Source: Eledone cirrhosa
Lineage: Eukaryota
Length of the DNA stretch: 64,000 nucleotides
Reading direction: 5' to 3'
NCBI GenBank assembly: GCA_964016885.1
Contig: OZ024747.1
Span: forward strand, 77,686,001-77,750,000
In this document: piece after piece, positions 1 through 15,000 of the stretch
How the letters are laid out: each line of letters begins with the position of its first letter
How positions within the stretch are numbered: the stretch's first letter is position 1
Notes under the pieces: generated by a model
What the model was told of the DNA's origin: nothing
The model's database searches: none
The model's input: the letters and a program-made list of their open reading frames with translations, nothing else
Made by a program: the position numbers and the translations under genes

Positions 1-3000
1 TAATGGTATGTAGACTGGTTGGAAGATTAATGGTATGTAGACTGGTTGAAAGATTAATGGTATGTAGACTGGTTGGAAGATTAATGGTATGTAGACTGGT
101 TGGAAGATTAATGGTATGTAGACTGGTTGGAAGATTAATGGTATGTACACCAGTTGGAAGATTAATGGTATGTAGACTGGTTGAAAGATTAATGGTATGT
201 AGACTGGTTGGAAGATTAATGGTATGTAGACTGGTTGGAAGATTAATGGTATATAGACTGGTTGGAAGATTAATGGTATGTAGACTGGTTGGAAGATTAA
301 TGGTATGTAGACTGGTTGGAAGATTAATGGTATGTAGACTGGTTGGAAGATTAATGGTATGTAGACTGGTTGGAAGATTAATGGTATGTAGACTGGTTGG
401 AAGATTAATGGCATGTAGACCGGTTGGAAGATTAATGGTATGTAGACCGGTTGGAAGATTAATGGTATGTAGACCGGTTGGAAGATTAATGGTATGTAGA
501 CCGGTTGGAAGATTAATGGTATGTAGACCGGTTGGAAGATTAATGGTATGTAGACCGGTTGGAAGATTAATGGTATGTAGACCAGTTGGAAGATTAATGG
601 TATGTACACCAGTTGGAAGATTAATGGTATGTACACCAGTTGGAAGATTAATGGTATGTACACCAGTTGGAAGATTAATGGTATGTAGACTGGTTGGAAG
701 ATTAATGGTATGTAGACCGGTTGGAAGATTAATGGTATGTAGACCGGTTGGAAGATTAATGGTATGTAGACTGGTTGGAAGATTAATGGTATGTAGACCG
801 GTTGGAAGATTAATGGTATGTAGACCGGTTGGAAGATTAATGGTATGTAGACTGGTTGGAAGATTAATGGTATGTAGACTGGTTGGAAGATTAATGGTAT
901 GTAGACCGGTTGGAAGATTAATGGTATGTAGACTGGTTGGAAGATTAATGGTATGTAGACTGGTTGGAAGATTAATGGTATGTAGACCGGTTGGAAGATT
1001 AATGGTATGTAGACCGGTTGGAAGATTAATGGTATGTAGACTGGTTGGAAGATTAATGGTATGTAGACCAGTTGGAAGATTAATGGTATGTAGACTGGTT
1101 GGAAGATTAATGGTATGTAGACTGGTTGGAAGATTAATGGTATGTAGACCAGTTGGAAGATTAATGGTATGTAGACCAGTTGGAAGATTAATGGTATGTA
1201 GACCAGTTGGAAGATTAATGGTATGTAGACCAGTTGGAAGATTAATGGTATGTAGACCGGTTGGAAGATTATGGTATGTAGACCGGTTGAAAGATTAATG
1301 GTATGTAGACTGGTTGGAAGATTAATGGTATGTAGACCGGTTGAAAGATTAATGGTATGTAGACCAGTTGGAAGATTAATGGTATGTACACCAGTTGGAA
1401 GATTAATGGTATGTAGACTGGTTGGAAGATTAATGGTATGTAGACTGGTTGGAAGATTAATGGTATGTAGACTGGTTGGAAGATTAATGGTATGTAGACC
1501 GGTTGGAAGATTAATGGTATGTAGACCGGTTGGAAGATTAATGGTATGTAGACTGGTTGGAAGATTAATGGTATGTAGACAAGTTGGAAGATTAATGGTA
1601 TGTACACCAGTTGGAAGATTAATGGTATGTAGACCAGTTGGAAGATTAATGGTATGTAGACCAATTGGAAGATTAATGGTATGTAGACCGGTTGGAAGAT
1701 TATGGTATGTAGACCGGTTGAAAGATTAATGGTATGTAGACTGGTTGGAAGATTAATGGTATGTAGACTGGTTGGAAGATTAATGGTATGTAGACTGGTT
1801 GGAAGATTATGGTATGTAGACCGGTTGAAAGATTAATGGTATGTAGACTGGTTGGAAGATTAATGGTATGTAGACCGGTTGAAAGATTAATGGTATGTAG
1901 ACCAGTTGGAAGATTAATGGTATGTACACCAGTTGGAAGATTAATGGTATGTAGACTGGTTGGAAGATTAATGGTATGTAGACTGGTTGGAAGATTATGG
2001 TATGTAGACCGGTTGAAAGATTAATGGTATGTAGACTGGTTGGAAGATTAATGGTATGTAGACCGGTTGAAAGATTAATGGTATGTAGACTGGTTGGAAG
2101 ATTAATGGTATGTAGACCGGTTGAAAGATTAATGGTATGTAGACCAGTTGGAAGATTAATGGTATGTACACCAGTTGGAAGATTAATGGTATGTAGACCG
2201 GTTGGAAGATTATGGTATGTAGACCGGTTGAAAGATTAATGGTATGTAGACTGGTTGGAAGATTAATGGTATGTAGACCGGTTGAAAGATTAATGGTATG
2301 TAGACCAGTTGGAAGATTAATGGTATGTACACCAGTTGGAAGATTAATGGTATGTAGACTGGTTGGAAGATTAATGGTATGTAGACTGGTTGGAAGATTA
2401 ATGGTATGTAGACTGGTTGGAAGATTAATGGTATGTAGACCGGTTGGAAGATTAATGGTATGTAGACCGGTTGGAAGATTAATGGTATGTAGACTGGTTG
2501 GAAGATTAATGGTATGTAGACAAGTTGGAAGATTAATGGTATGTACACCAGTTGGAAGATTAATGGTATGTAGACCAGTTGGAAGATTAATGGTATGTAG
2601 ACCAATTGGAAGATTAATGGTATGTAGACCGGTTGGAAGATTATGGTATGTAGACCAGTTGGAAGATTAATGGTATGTAGACTGGTTGGAAGATTAATGG
2701 TATGTAGACTGGTTGGAAGATTAATGGTATGTAGACTGGTTGGAAGATTAATGGTATGTAGACTGGTTGGAAGATTAATGGTATGTACACCAGTTGGAAG
2801 ATTAATGGTATGTAGACTGGTTGGAAGATTAATGGTATGTAGACCAGTTGGAAGATTAATGGTATGTAGACCGGTTGGAAGATTAATGGTATGTAGACTG
2901 GTTGGAAGATTAATGGTATGTAGACTGGTTGGAAGATTAATGGTATGTAGACCAGTTGGAAGATTAATGGTATGTAGACCAGTTGGAAGATTAATGGTAT

Positions 3001-6000
3001 GTAGACCAGTTGGAAGCTTAATGGTATGTAGACCAGTTGGAAGCTTAATGGTATGTAGACCAGTTGGAAGATTAATGGTATGTAGACCAGTTGGAAGATT
3101 AATGGTATGTAGACCAGTTGGAAGATTAATGGTATGTAGACCAGTTGGAAGATTAATGGTATGTAGACCAGTTGGAAGATTAATGGTATGTAGACCAGTT
3201 GGAAGATTAATGGTATGTAGACCAGTTGGAAGATTAATGGTATGTAGACCGGTTGGAAGATTAATGGTATGTAGACTGGTTGGAAGATTAATGGTATGTA
3301 GACTGGTTGGAAGATTAATGGTATGTAGACTGGTTGGAAGATTAATGGTATGTAGACCAGTTGGAAGATTAATGGTATGTAGACCGGTTGGAAGATTAAT
3401 GGTATGTAGATTGGTTGGAAGATTAATGGTATGTAGACTGGTTGGAAGATTAATGGTATGTAGACTGGTTGGAAGATTAATGGTATGTAGACCGGTTGGA
3501 AGATTAATGGTATGTAGACTGGTTAAGATTAATGGTATGAACACCAGTTGGAAGATTAATGGTATGTAGACTGGTTGGAAGATTAATGGTATGTAGACTG
3601 GTTGGAAGATTAATGGTATGTAGACTGGTTGGAAGATTAATGGTATGTAGACTGGTTGGAAGATTAATGGTATGTAGACTGGTTGGAAGATTAATGGTAT
3701 GTAGACTGGTTGGAAGATTAATGGTTTGTAGACTAGTTGGAAGATTAATGGTATGTAGACTGGTTGGAAGATTAATGGTATGTAGACTGGTTGGAAGATT
3801 AATGGTATGTAGACTGATTGGAAGATTAATGGTATGTAGACTGGTTGGAAGATTAATGGTATGTAGACCGGTTGGAAGATTAATGGTATGTAGACTGGTT
3901 GGAAGATTAATGGTATGTAGACCGGTTGGAAGATTAATGGTATGTACACCAGTTGGAAGATTAATGGTATGTACACCAGTTGGAAGATTAATGGTATGTA
4001 GACCAGTTGGAATATTAATGGTATGTAGACCGGTTGGAAGATTAATGGTATGTAGACTGGTTGGAAGATTAATGATATGTAGACTGGTTGGAAGATTAAT
4101 GATATGTAGACCGGTTGGAAGATTAATGGTATGTAGACCAGTTGGAAGATTAATGGTATGTAGACTGGTTGGAAGATTAATGATATGTAGACCGGTTGGA
4201 AGATTAATGGTATGTAGACCGGTTGGAAGATTAATGGTATGTAGACCGGTTGGAAGATTAATGGTATGTAGACCGGTTGGAAGATTAATGGTATGTAGAC
4301 CGGTTGGAAGATTAATGGTATGTAGACCGGTTGGAAGATTAATGGTATGTAGACCGGTTGGAAGATTAATGGTATGTACACCAGTTGGAAGATTAATGGT
4401 ATGTAGACTGGTTGGAAGATTAATGGTATGTAGACTGGTTGGAAGATTAATGGTATGTAGACTGGTTGGAAGATTAATGGTATGTAGACCGGTTGGAAGA
4501 TTAATGGTATGTAGACCGGTTGGAAGATTAATGGTATGTAGACTGGTTGGAAGATTAATGGTATGTAGACAAGTTGGAAGATTAATGGTATGTACACCAG
4601 TTGGAAGATTAATGGTATGTAGACCAGTTGGAAGATTAATGGTATGTAGACCAATTGGAAGATTAATGGTATGTAGACCGGTTGGAAGATTATGGTATGT
4701 AGACCAGTTGGAAGATTAATGGTATGTAGACTGGTTGGAAGATTAATGGTATGTAGACTGGTTGGAAGATTAATGGTATGTAGACTGGTTGGAAGATTAA
4801 TGGTATGTAGACTGGTTGGAAGATTAATGGTATGTACACCAGTTGGAAGATTAATGGTATGTAGACTGGTTGGAAGATTAATGGTATGTAGACCAGTTGG
4901 AAGATTAATGGTATGTAGACCGGTTGGAAGATTAATGGTATGTAGACTGGTTGGAAGATTAATGGTATGTAGACTGGTTGGAAGATTAATGGTATGTAGA
5001 CCAGTTGGAAGATTAATGGTATGTAGACCAGTTGGAAGATTAATGGTATGTAGACCAGTTGGAAGCTTAATGGTATGTAGACCAGTTGGAAGCTTAATGG
5101 TATGTAGACCAGTTGGAAGATTAATGGTATGTAGACCAGTTGGAAGATTAATGGTATGTAGACCAGTTGGAAGATTAATGGTATGTAGACCAGTTGGAAG
5201 ATTAATGGTATGTAGACCAGTTGGAAGATTAATGGTATGTAGACCAGTTGGAAGATTAATGGTATGTAGACCAGTTGGAAGATTAATGGTATGTAGACCG
5301 GTTGGAAGATTAATGGTATGTAGACTGGTTGGAAGATTAATGGTATGTAGACTGGTTGGAAGATTAATGGTATGTAGACTGGTTGGAAGATTAATGGTAT
5401 GTAGACCAGTTGGAAGATTAATGGTATGTAGACCGGTTGGAAGATTAATGGTATGTAGATTGGTTGGAAGATTAATGGTATGTAGACTGGTTGGAAGATT
5501 AATGGTATGTAGACTGGTTGGAAGATTAATGGTATGTAGACCGGTTGGAAGATTAATGGTATGTAGACTGGTTAAGATTAATGGTATGAACACCAGTTGG
5601 AAGATTAATGGTATGTAGACTGGTTGGAAGATTAATGGTATGTAGACTGGTTGGAAGATTAATGGTATGTAGACTGGTTGGAAGATTAATGGTATGTAGA
5701 CTGGTTGGAAGATTAATGGTATGTAGACTGGTTGGAAGATTAATGGTATGTAGACTGGTTGGAAGATTAATGGTTTGTAGACTAGTTGGAAGATTAATGG
5801 TATGTAGACTGGTTGGAAGATTAATGGTATGTAGACTGGTTGGAAGATTAATGGTATGTAGACTGATTGGAAGATTAATGGTATGTAGACTGGTTGGAAG
5901 ATTAATGGTATGTAGACCGGTTGGAAGATTAATGGTATGTAGACTGGTTGGAAGATTAATGGTATGTAGACCGGTTGGAAGATTAATGGTATGTACACCA

Positions 6001-9000
6001 GTTGGAAGATTAATGGTATGTACACCAGTTGGAAGATTAATGGTATGTAGACCAGTTGGAATATTAATGGTATGTAGACCGGTTGGAAGATTAATGGTAT
6101 GTAGACTGGTTGGAAGATTAATGATATGTAGACTGGTTGGAAGATTAATGATATGTAGACCGGTTGGAAGATTAATGGTATGTAGACCAGTTGGAAGATT
6201 AATGGTATGTAGACTGGTTGGAAGATTAATGATATGTAGACCGGTTGGAAGATTAATGGTATGTAGACCGGTTGGAAGATTAATGGTATGTAGACCGGTT
6301 GGAAGATTAATGGTATGTAGACCGGTTGGAAGATTAATGGTATGTAGACCGGTTGGAAGATTAATGGTATGTAGACCGGTTGGAAGATTAATGGTATGTA
6401 GACCGGTTGGAAGATTAATGGTATGTAGACCGGTTGGAAGATTAATGGTATGTAGACCAGTTGGAAGATTAATGGTATGTAGACTGGTTGGAAGATTAAT
6501 GGTATGTAGACCGGTTGGAAGATTAATGGTATGTACACCAGTTGGAAGATTAATGGTATGTAGACCAGTTGGAAGATTAATGGTATGCATACCAGTTGGA
6601 AGATTAATGGTATGTAGACCAGTTGGAAGATTAATGGTATGTAGACTGGTTGGAAGATTAATGGTATGTAGACCAGTTGGAAGATTAATGGTATGTAGAC
6701 TGGTTGGAAGATTAATGGTACGTAGACCAGTTGGAAGATTAATGGTACGTAGACCAGTTGGAAGATTAATGGTACGTAGACCAGTTGGAAGATTAATGGT
6801 ATGTAGACTGGTTGGAAGATTAATGGTATGTAGACTGGTTGGAAGATTAATGGTATGTAGACCGGTTGGAAGATTAATGGTATGTAGACTGGTTGGAAGA
6901 TTAATGGTATGTAGACTGGTTGGAAGATTAATGGTATGTAGACTGGTTGGAAGATTAATGGTATGTAGACTGGTTGGAAGATTAATGGTATGTAGACCGG
7001 TTGGAAGATTAATGGTATGTAGACTGGTTGGAAGATTAATGGTATGTAGACTGGTTGAAAGATTAATGGTATGTAGACTGGTTGAAAGATTAATGGTATG
7101 TAGACTGGTTGGCAGATTAATGGTATGTACACCAGTTGGAAGATTAATGGTATGTAGACTGGTTGGAAGATTAATGGTATGTAGACCGGTTGGAAGATTA
7201 ATGGTATGTAGACCGGTTGGAAGATTAATGGTATGTAGACCGGTTGGAAGATTAATGGTATGTAGACCGGTTGGAAGATTAATGGTATGTAGACCGGTTG
7301 GAAGATTAATGGTATGTAGACCGGTTGGAAGATTAATGGTATGTACACCAGTTGGAAGATTAATGGTATGTACACCAGTTGGAAGATTAATGGTATGTAG
7401 ACCAGTTGGAATATTAATGGTATGTAGACCGGTTGGAAGATTAATGGTATGTAGACCAGTTGGAAGATTAATGGTATGTAGACTGGTTGGAAGATTAATG
7501 GTATGTAGACTGGTTGGAAGATTAATGGTATGTAGACCAGTTGGAAGATTAATGGTATGTAGACTGGTTGGAAGATTAATGGTATGTACACCAGTTGGAA
7601 GATTAATGGTATGTAGACTGGTTGGAAGATTAATGGTATGTACACCAGTTGGAAGATTAATGGTATGTAGACTGGTTGGAAGATTAATGGTATGTAGACC
7701 AGTTGGAAGATTAATGGTATGTACACCGGTTGGAAGATTAATGGTATGTACACCGGTTGGAAGATTAATGGTATGTAGACAGGTTGGAAGATTAATGGTA
7801 TGTAGACCGGTTGGAAGATTAATGGTATGTAGACTGGTTGGAAGATTAATGGTATGTAGACTGGTTGGAAGATTAATGGTATGTAGACTGGTTGGAAGAT
7901 TAATGGTATGTAGACTGGTTGGAAGATTAATGGTATGTAGACTGGTTGGAAGATTAATGGTATGTAGACCAGTTGGAAGATTAATGGTATGTAGACCGGT
8001 TGGAAGATTAATGGTATGTAGACCAGTTGGAAGATTAATGGTATGTACACCAGTTGGAAGATTAATGGTATGTAGACCGGTTGGAAGATTAATGGTATGT
8101 AGACTGGTTGGAAGATTAATGGTATGTAGACTGGTTGGAAGATTAATGGTATGTACACCAGTTGGAAGATTAATGGTATGTAGACTGGTTGGAAGATTAA
8201 TGGTATGTAGACTGGTTGGAAGATTAATGGTATGTAGACTGGTTGGAAGATTAATGGTATGTAGACTGGTTGCAAGATTAATGGTATGTAGACTGGTTGG
8301 AAGATTAATGGTATGTAGACTGGTTGGAAGATTAATGGTATGTAGACTGGTTGGAAGATTAATGGTATGTAGACTGGTTGGAAGATTAATGGTATGTAGA
8401 CTGGTTGGAAGATTAATGGTATGTAGACTGGTTGGAAGATTAATGGTATGTAGACTGGTTGAAAGATTAATGGTATGTAGACTGGTTGGAAGATTAATGG
8501 TATGTAGACTGGTTGGAAGATTAATGGTATGTACACCAGTTGGAAGATTAATGGTATGTAGACTGGTTGGAAGATTAATGGTATGTAGACTGGTTGGAAG
8601 ATTAATGGTATGTAGACCGGTTGGAAGATTAATGGTATGTAGACCGGTTGGAAGATTAATGGTATGTAGACCGGTTGGAAGATTAATGGTATGTAGACTG
8701 GTTGGAAGATTAATGGTATGTAGACTGGTTGGAAGATTAATGGTATGTACACCAGTTGGAAGATTAATGGTATGTACACCAGTTGGAAGATTAATGGTAT
8801 GTAGACCAGTTGGAAGATTAATGGTATGTACACCAGTTGGAAGATTAATGGTATGTACACCAGTTGGAAGATTAATGGTATGTACACCAGTTGGAAGATT
8901 AATGGTATGTAGACCAGTTGGAAGATTAATGGTATGTAGACCGGTTGGAAGATTAATGGTATGTAGACCAGTTGGAAGATTAATGGTATGTAGACTGGTT

Positions 9001-12000
9001 GGAAGATTAATGGTATGTAGACCGGTTGGAAGATTAATGGTATGTAGACTGGTTGGAAGATTAATGGTATGTAGACTGGTTGGAAGATTAATGATATGTA
9101 GACTGGTTGCAAGATTAATGGTATGTAGACCAGTTGGAAGATTAATGGTATGTAGACCAGTTGGAAGATTAATGGTATGTAGACCAGTTGGAAGATTAAT
9201 GGTATGTAGACCAGTTGGAAGATTAATGGTATTTAGACCAGTTGGAAGATTAATGGTATGTAGACCAGTTGGAAGATTAATGGTATGTAGATCGGTTGGA
9301 AGATTAATGGTATGTAGACCGGTTGGAAGATTAATGGTATGTAGACCAGTTGGAAGATTAATGGTATGTACACCAGTTGGAAGATTAATGGTATGTAGAC
9401 CAGTTGGAATATTAATGGTATGTAGACCAGTTGGAAGATTAATGGTATGTAGACCAGTTGGAATATTAATGGTATGTAGACCAGTTGGAAGATTAATGGT
9501 ATGTAGACCAGTTGGAATATTAATGGTATGTACACCAGTTGGAAGATTAATGGTATGTAGACCAGTTGGAAGATTAATGGTATGTAGACCAGTTGGAAGA
9601 TTAATGGTATGTAGACCAGTTGGAAGATTAATGGTATGTAGACCGGTTGGAAGATTAATGGTATGTAGACCGGTTGGAAGATTAATGGTATGTAGACTGG
9701 TTGGAAGATTAATGGTATGTAGACTGGTTGGAAGATTAATGGTATGTAGACTGGTTGGAAGATTAATGGTATGTAGACTGGTTGGAAGATTAATGGTATG
9801 TAGACTGGTTGGAAGATTAATGGTATGTAGACTGGTTGGAAGATTAATGGTATGTAGACTGGTTGGAAGATTAATGGTATGTAGACTGGTTGGAAGATTA
9901 ATGGTATGTAGACCGGTTGGAAGATTAATGGTATGTAGACCGGTTGGAAGATTAATGGTATGTACACCAGTTGGAAGATTAATGGTATGTACACCAGTTG
10001 GAAGATTAATGGTATGTAGACCAGTTGGAAGATTAATGGTATGTAGACCGGTTGGAAGATTAATGGTATGTAGACCAGTTGGAAGATTAATGGTATGTAG
10101 ACTGGTTGGAAGATTAATGGTATGTAGACCGGTTGGAAGATTAATGGTATGTAGACTGGTTGGAAGATTAATGGTATGTAGACTGGTTGGAAGATTAATG
10201 ATATGTAGACTGGTTGGAAGATTAATGGTATGTAGACCAGTTGGAAGATTAATGGTATGTAGACCAGTTGGAAGATTAATGGTATGTAGACCAGTTGGAA
10301 GATTAATGGTATGTAGACCAGTTGGAAGATTAATGGTATTTAGACCAGTTGGAAGATTAATGGTATGTAGACCAGTTGGAAGATTAATGGTATGTAGACC
10401 GGTTGGAAGATTAATGGTATGTAGACCGGTTGGAAGATTAATGGTATGTAGACCAGTTGGAAGATTAATGGTATGTACACCAGTTGGAAGATTAATGGTA
10501 TGTAGACCAGTTGGAATATTAATGGTATGTAGACCAGTTGGAAGATTAATGGTATGTAGACCAGTTGGAATATTAATGGTATGTAGACCAGTTGGAAGAT
10601 TAATGGTATGTAGACCAGTTGGAATATTAATGGTATGTACACCAGTTGGAAGATTAATGGTATGTAGACCAGTTGGAAGATTAATGGTATGTAGACCAGT
10701 TGGAAGATTAATGGTATGTAGACCGGTTGGAAGATTAATGGTATGTAGACCGGTTGGAAGATTAATGGTATGTAGACTGGTTGGAAGATTAATGGTATGT
10801 AGACTGGTTGGAAGATTAATGGTATGTAGACCAGTTGGAAGATTAATGGTATGTAGACTGGTTGGAAGATTAATGGTATGTAGACTGGTTGGAAGATTAA
10901 TGGTATGTAGACTGGTTGGAAGATTAATGGTATGTAGACCAGTTGGAAGATTAATGGTATGTAGACCGGTTGGAAGATTAATGGTATGTAGACTGGTTGG
11001 AAGATTAATGGTATGTAGACTGGTTGGAAGATTAATGGTATGTACACCAGTTGGAAGATTAATGGTATGTAGACTGGTTGGAAGATTAATGGTATGTAGA
11101 CCAGTTGGAAGATTAATGGTATGTACACCAGTTGGAAGATTAATGGTATGTAGACCGGTTGGAAGATTAATGATATGTAGACTGGTTGGAAGATTAATGG
11201 TATGTAGACTGGTTGGAAGATTAATGGTATGTAGACTGGTTGGAAGATTAATGGTATGTAGACTGGTTGGAAGATTAATGGTATGTAGACTGGTTGGAAG
11301 ATTAATGGTATGTAGACTGGTTGGAAGATTAATGGTATGTAGACTGGTTGGAAGATTAATGGTATGTAGACTGGTTGGAAGATTAATGGTATGTAGACTG
11401 GTTGGAAGATTAATGGTATGTAGACTGGTTGGAAGATTAATGGTATGTAGACCAGTTGGAAGATTAATGGTATGTAGACCGGTTGGAAGATTAATGGTAT
11501 GTAGACTGGTTGGAAGATTAATGGTATGTAGACTGGTTGGAAGATTAATGGTATGTACACCAGTTGGAAGATTAATGGTATGTAGACTGGTTGGAAGATT
11601 AATGGTATGTAGACTGGTTGGAAGATTAATGGTATGTAGACTGGTTGGAAGATTAATGGTATGTAGACTGGTTGGAAGATTAATGGTATGTAGACTGGTT
11701 GGAAGATTAATGGTATGTAGACCAGTTGGAAGATTAATGGTATGTAGACCAGTTGGAAGATTAATGGTATGTAGACTGGTTGGAAGATTAATGGTATGTA
11801 GACTGGTTGGAAGATTAATGGTATGTACACCAGTTGGAAGATTAATGGTATGTAGACCGGTTGGAAGATTAATGGTATGTAGACTGGTTGGAAGATTAAT
11901 GGTATGTAGACCAGTTGGAAGATTAATGGTATGTAGACTGGTTGGAAGATTAATGGTATGTACACCAGTTGGAAGATTAATGGTATGTAGACCAGTTGGA

Positions 12001-15000
12001 AGATTAATGGTATGTAGACTGGTTGGAAGATTAATGGTATGTAGACTGGTTGGAAGATTAATGGTATGTAGACTGGTTGGAAGATTAATGGTATGTAGAC
12101 TGGTTGGAAGATTAATGGTATGTACACCAGTTGGAAGATTAATGGTATGTAGACCAGTTGGAAGATTAATGGTATGTAGACTGGTTGGAAGATTAATGGT
12201 ATGTAGACTGGTTGGAAGATTAATGGTATGTAGACTGGTTGGAAGATTAATGGTATGTAGACTGGTTGGAAGATTAATGGTATGTAGACTGGTTGGAAGA
12301 TTAATGGTATGTAGACCGGTTGGAAGATTAATGGTATGTAGACTGGTTGGAAGATTAATGGTATGTAGACCAGTTGGAAGATTAATGGTATGTAGACTGG
12401 TTGGAAGATTAATGGTATGTACACCAGTTGGAAGATTAATGGTATGTAGACCAGTTGGAAGATTAATGGTATGTAGACTGGTTGGAAGATTAATGGTATG
12501 TAGACTGGTTGGAAGATTAATGGTATGTAGACTGGTTGGAAGATTAATGGTATGTAGACTGGTTGGAAGATTAATGGTATGTACACCAGTTGGAAGATTA
12601 ATGGTATGTAGACCAGTTGGAAGATTAATGGTATGTAGACTGGTTGGAAGATTAATGGTATGTAGACTGGTTGGAAGATTAATGGTATGTAGACTGGTTG
12701 GAAGATTAATGGTATGTAGACTGGTTGGAAGATTAATGGTATGTAGACTGGTTGGAAGATTAATGGTATGTAGACTGGTTGGAAGATTAATGGTATGTAG
12801 ACCAGTTGGAAGATTAATGGTATGTAGACCAGTTGGAAGATTAATGGTATGTAGACTGGTTGGAAGATTAATGGTATGTAGACTGGTTGGAAGATTAATG
12901 GTATGTACACCAGTTGGAAGATTAATGGTATGTAGACCGGTTGGAAGATTAATGGTATGTAGACTGGTTGGAAGATTAATGGTATGTAGACCAGTTGGAA
13001 GATTAATGGTATGTAGACCAGTTGGAAGATTAATGGTATGTAGACCAGTTGGAAGATTAATGGTATGTAGACCGGTTGGAAGATTAATGGTATGTAGACT
13101 GGTTGGAAGATTAATGGTATGTAGACTGGTTGGAAGATTAATGGTATGTACACCAGTTGGAAGATTAATGGTATGTAGACTGGTTGGAAGATTAATGGTA
13201 TGTAGACCAGTTGGAAGATTAATGGTATGTACACCAGTTGGAAGATTAATGGTATGTAGACCGGTTGGAAGATTAATGGTATGTACACCAGTTGGAAGAT
13301 TAATGGTATGTAGACCGGTTGGAAGATTAATGGTATGTAGACCGGTTGGAAGATTAATGGTATGTAGACTGGTTGGAAGATTAATGGTATGTAGACTGGT
13401 TGGAAGATTAATGGTATGTAGACTGGTTGGAAGATTAATGGTATGTAGACTGGTTGGAAGATTAATGGTATGTAGACCGGTTGGAAGATTAATGGTATGT
13501 AGACCGGTTGGAAGATTAATGGTATGTAGACCGGTTGGAAGATTAATGGTATGTAGACCGGTTGGAAGATTAATGGTATGTAGACCGGTTGGAAGATTAA
13601 TGGTATGTAGACTGGTTGGAAGATTAATGGTATGTAGACCGGTTGGAAGATTAATGGTATGTAGACCGGTTGGAAGATTAATGGTATGTAGACCGGTTGG
13701 AAGATTAATGGTATGTAGACCGGTTGGAAGATTAATGGTATGTAGACCGGTTGGAAGATTAATGGTATGTAGACTGGTTGGAAGATTAATGGTATGTAGA
13801 CCGGTTGGAAGATTAATGGTATGTAGACCGGTTGGAAGATTAATGGTATGTAGACCGGTTGGAAGATTAATGGTATGTAGACTGGTTGGAAGATTAATGG
13901 TATGTAGACTGGTTGGAAGATTAATGGTATGTAGACCAGTTGGAAGATTAATGGTATGTAGACCAGTTGGAAGATTAATGGTATGTAGACTGGTTGGAAG
14001 ATTAATGGTATGTAGACTGGTTGGAAGATTAATGGTATGTACACCAGTTGGAAGATTAATGGTATGTAGACCGGTTGGAAGATTAATGGTATGTAGACTG
14101 GTTGGAAGATTAATGGTATGTAGACCAGTTGGAAGATTAATGGTATGTAGACCAGTTGGAAGATTAATGGTATGTAGACCAGTTGGAAGATTAATGGTAT
14201 GTAGACCGGTTGGAAGATTAATGGTATGTAGACTGGTTGGAAGATTAATGGTATGTAGACTGGTTGGAAGATTAATGGTATGTACACCAGTTGGAAGATT
14301 AATGGTATGTAGACTGGTTGGAAGATTAATGGTATGTAGACCAGTTGGAAGATTAATGGTATGTACACCAGTTGGAAGATTAATGGTATGTAGACCGGTT
14401 GGAAGATTAATGGTATGTAGACCGGTTGGAAGATTAATGGTATGTAGACTGGTTGGAAGATTAATGGTATGTAGACTGGTTGGAAGATTAATGGTATGTA
14501 GACTGGTTGGAAGATTAATGGTATGTAGACCAGTTGGAAGATTAATGGTATGTACACCAGTTGGAAGATTAATGGTATGTAGACCGGTTGGAAGATTAAT
14601 GGTATGTAGACCAGTTGGAAGATTAATGGTATGTAGACCGGTTGGAAGATTAATGGTATGTAGACTGGTTGGAAGATTAATGGTATGTAGACTGGTTGGA
14701 AGATTAATGGTATGTACACCAGTTGGAAGATTAATGGTATGTAGACTGGTTGGAAGATTAATGGTATGTAGACCAGTTGGAAGATTAATGGTATGTAGAC
14801 CAGTTGGAAGATTAATGGTATGTAGACTGGTTGGAAGATTAATGGTATGTAGACCAGTTGGAAGATTAATGGTATGTAGACCAGTTGGAAGATTAATGGT
14901 ATGTAGACCGGTTGGAAGATTAATGGTATGTAGACTGGTTGGAAGATTAATGGTATGTAGACTGGTTGGAAGATTAATGGTATGTACACCAGTTGGAAGA

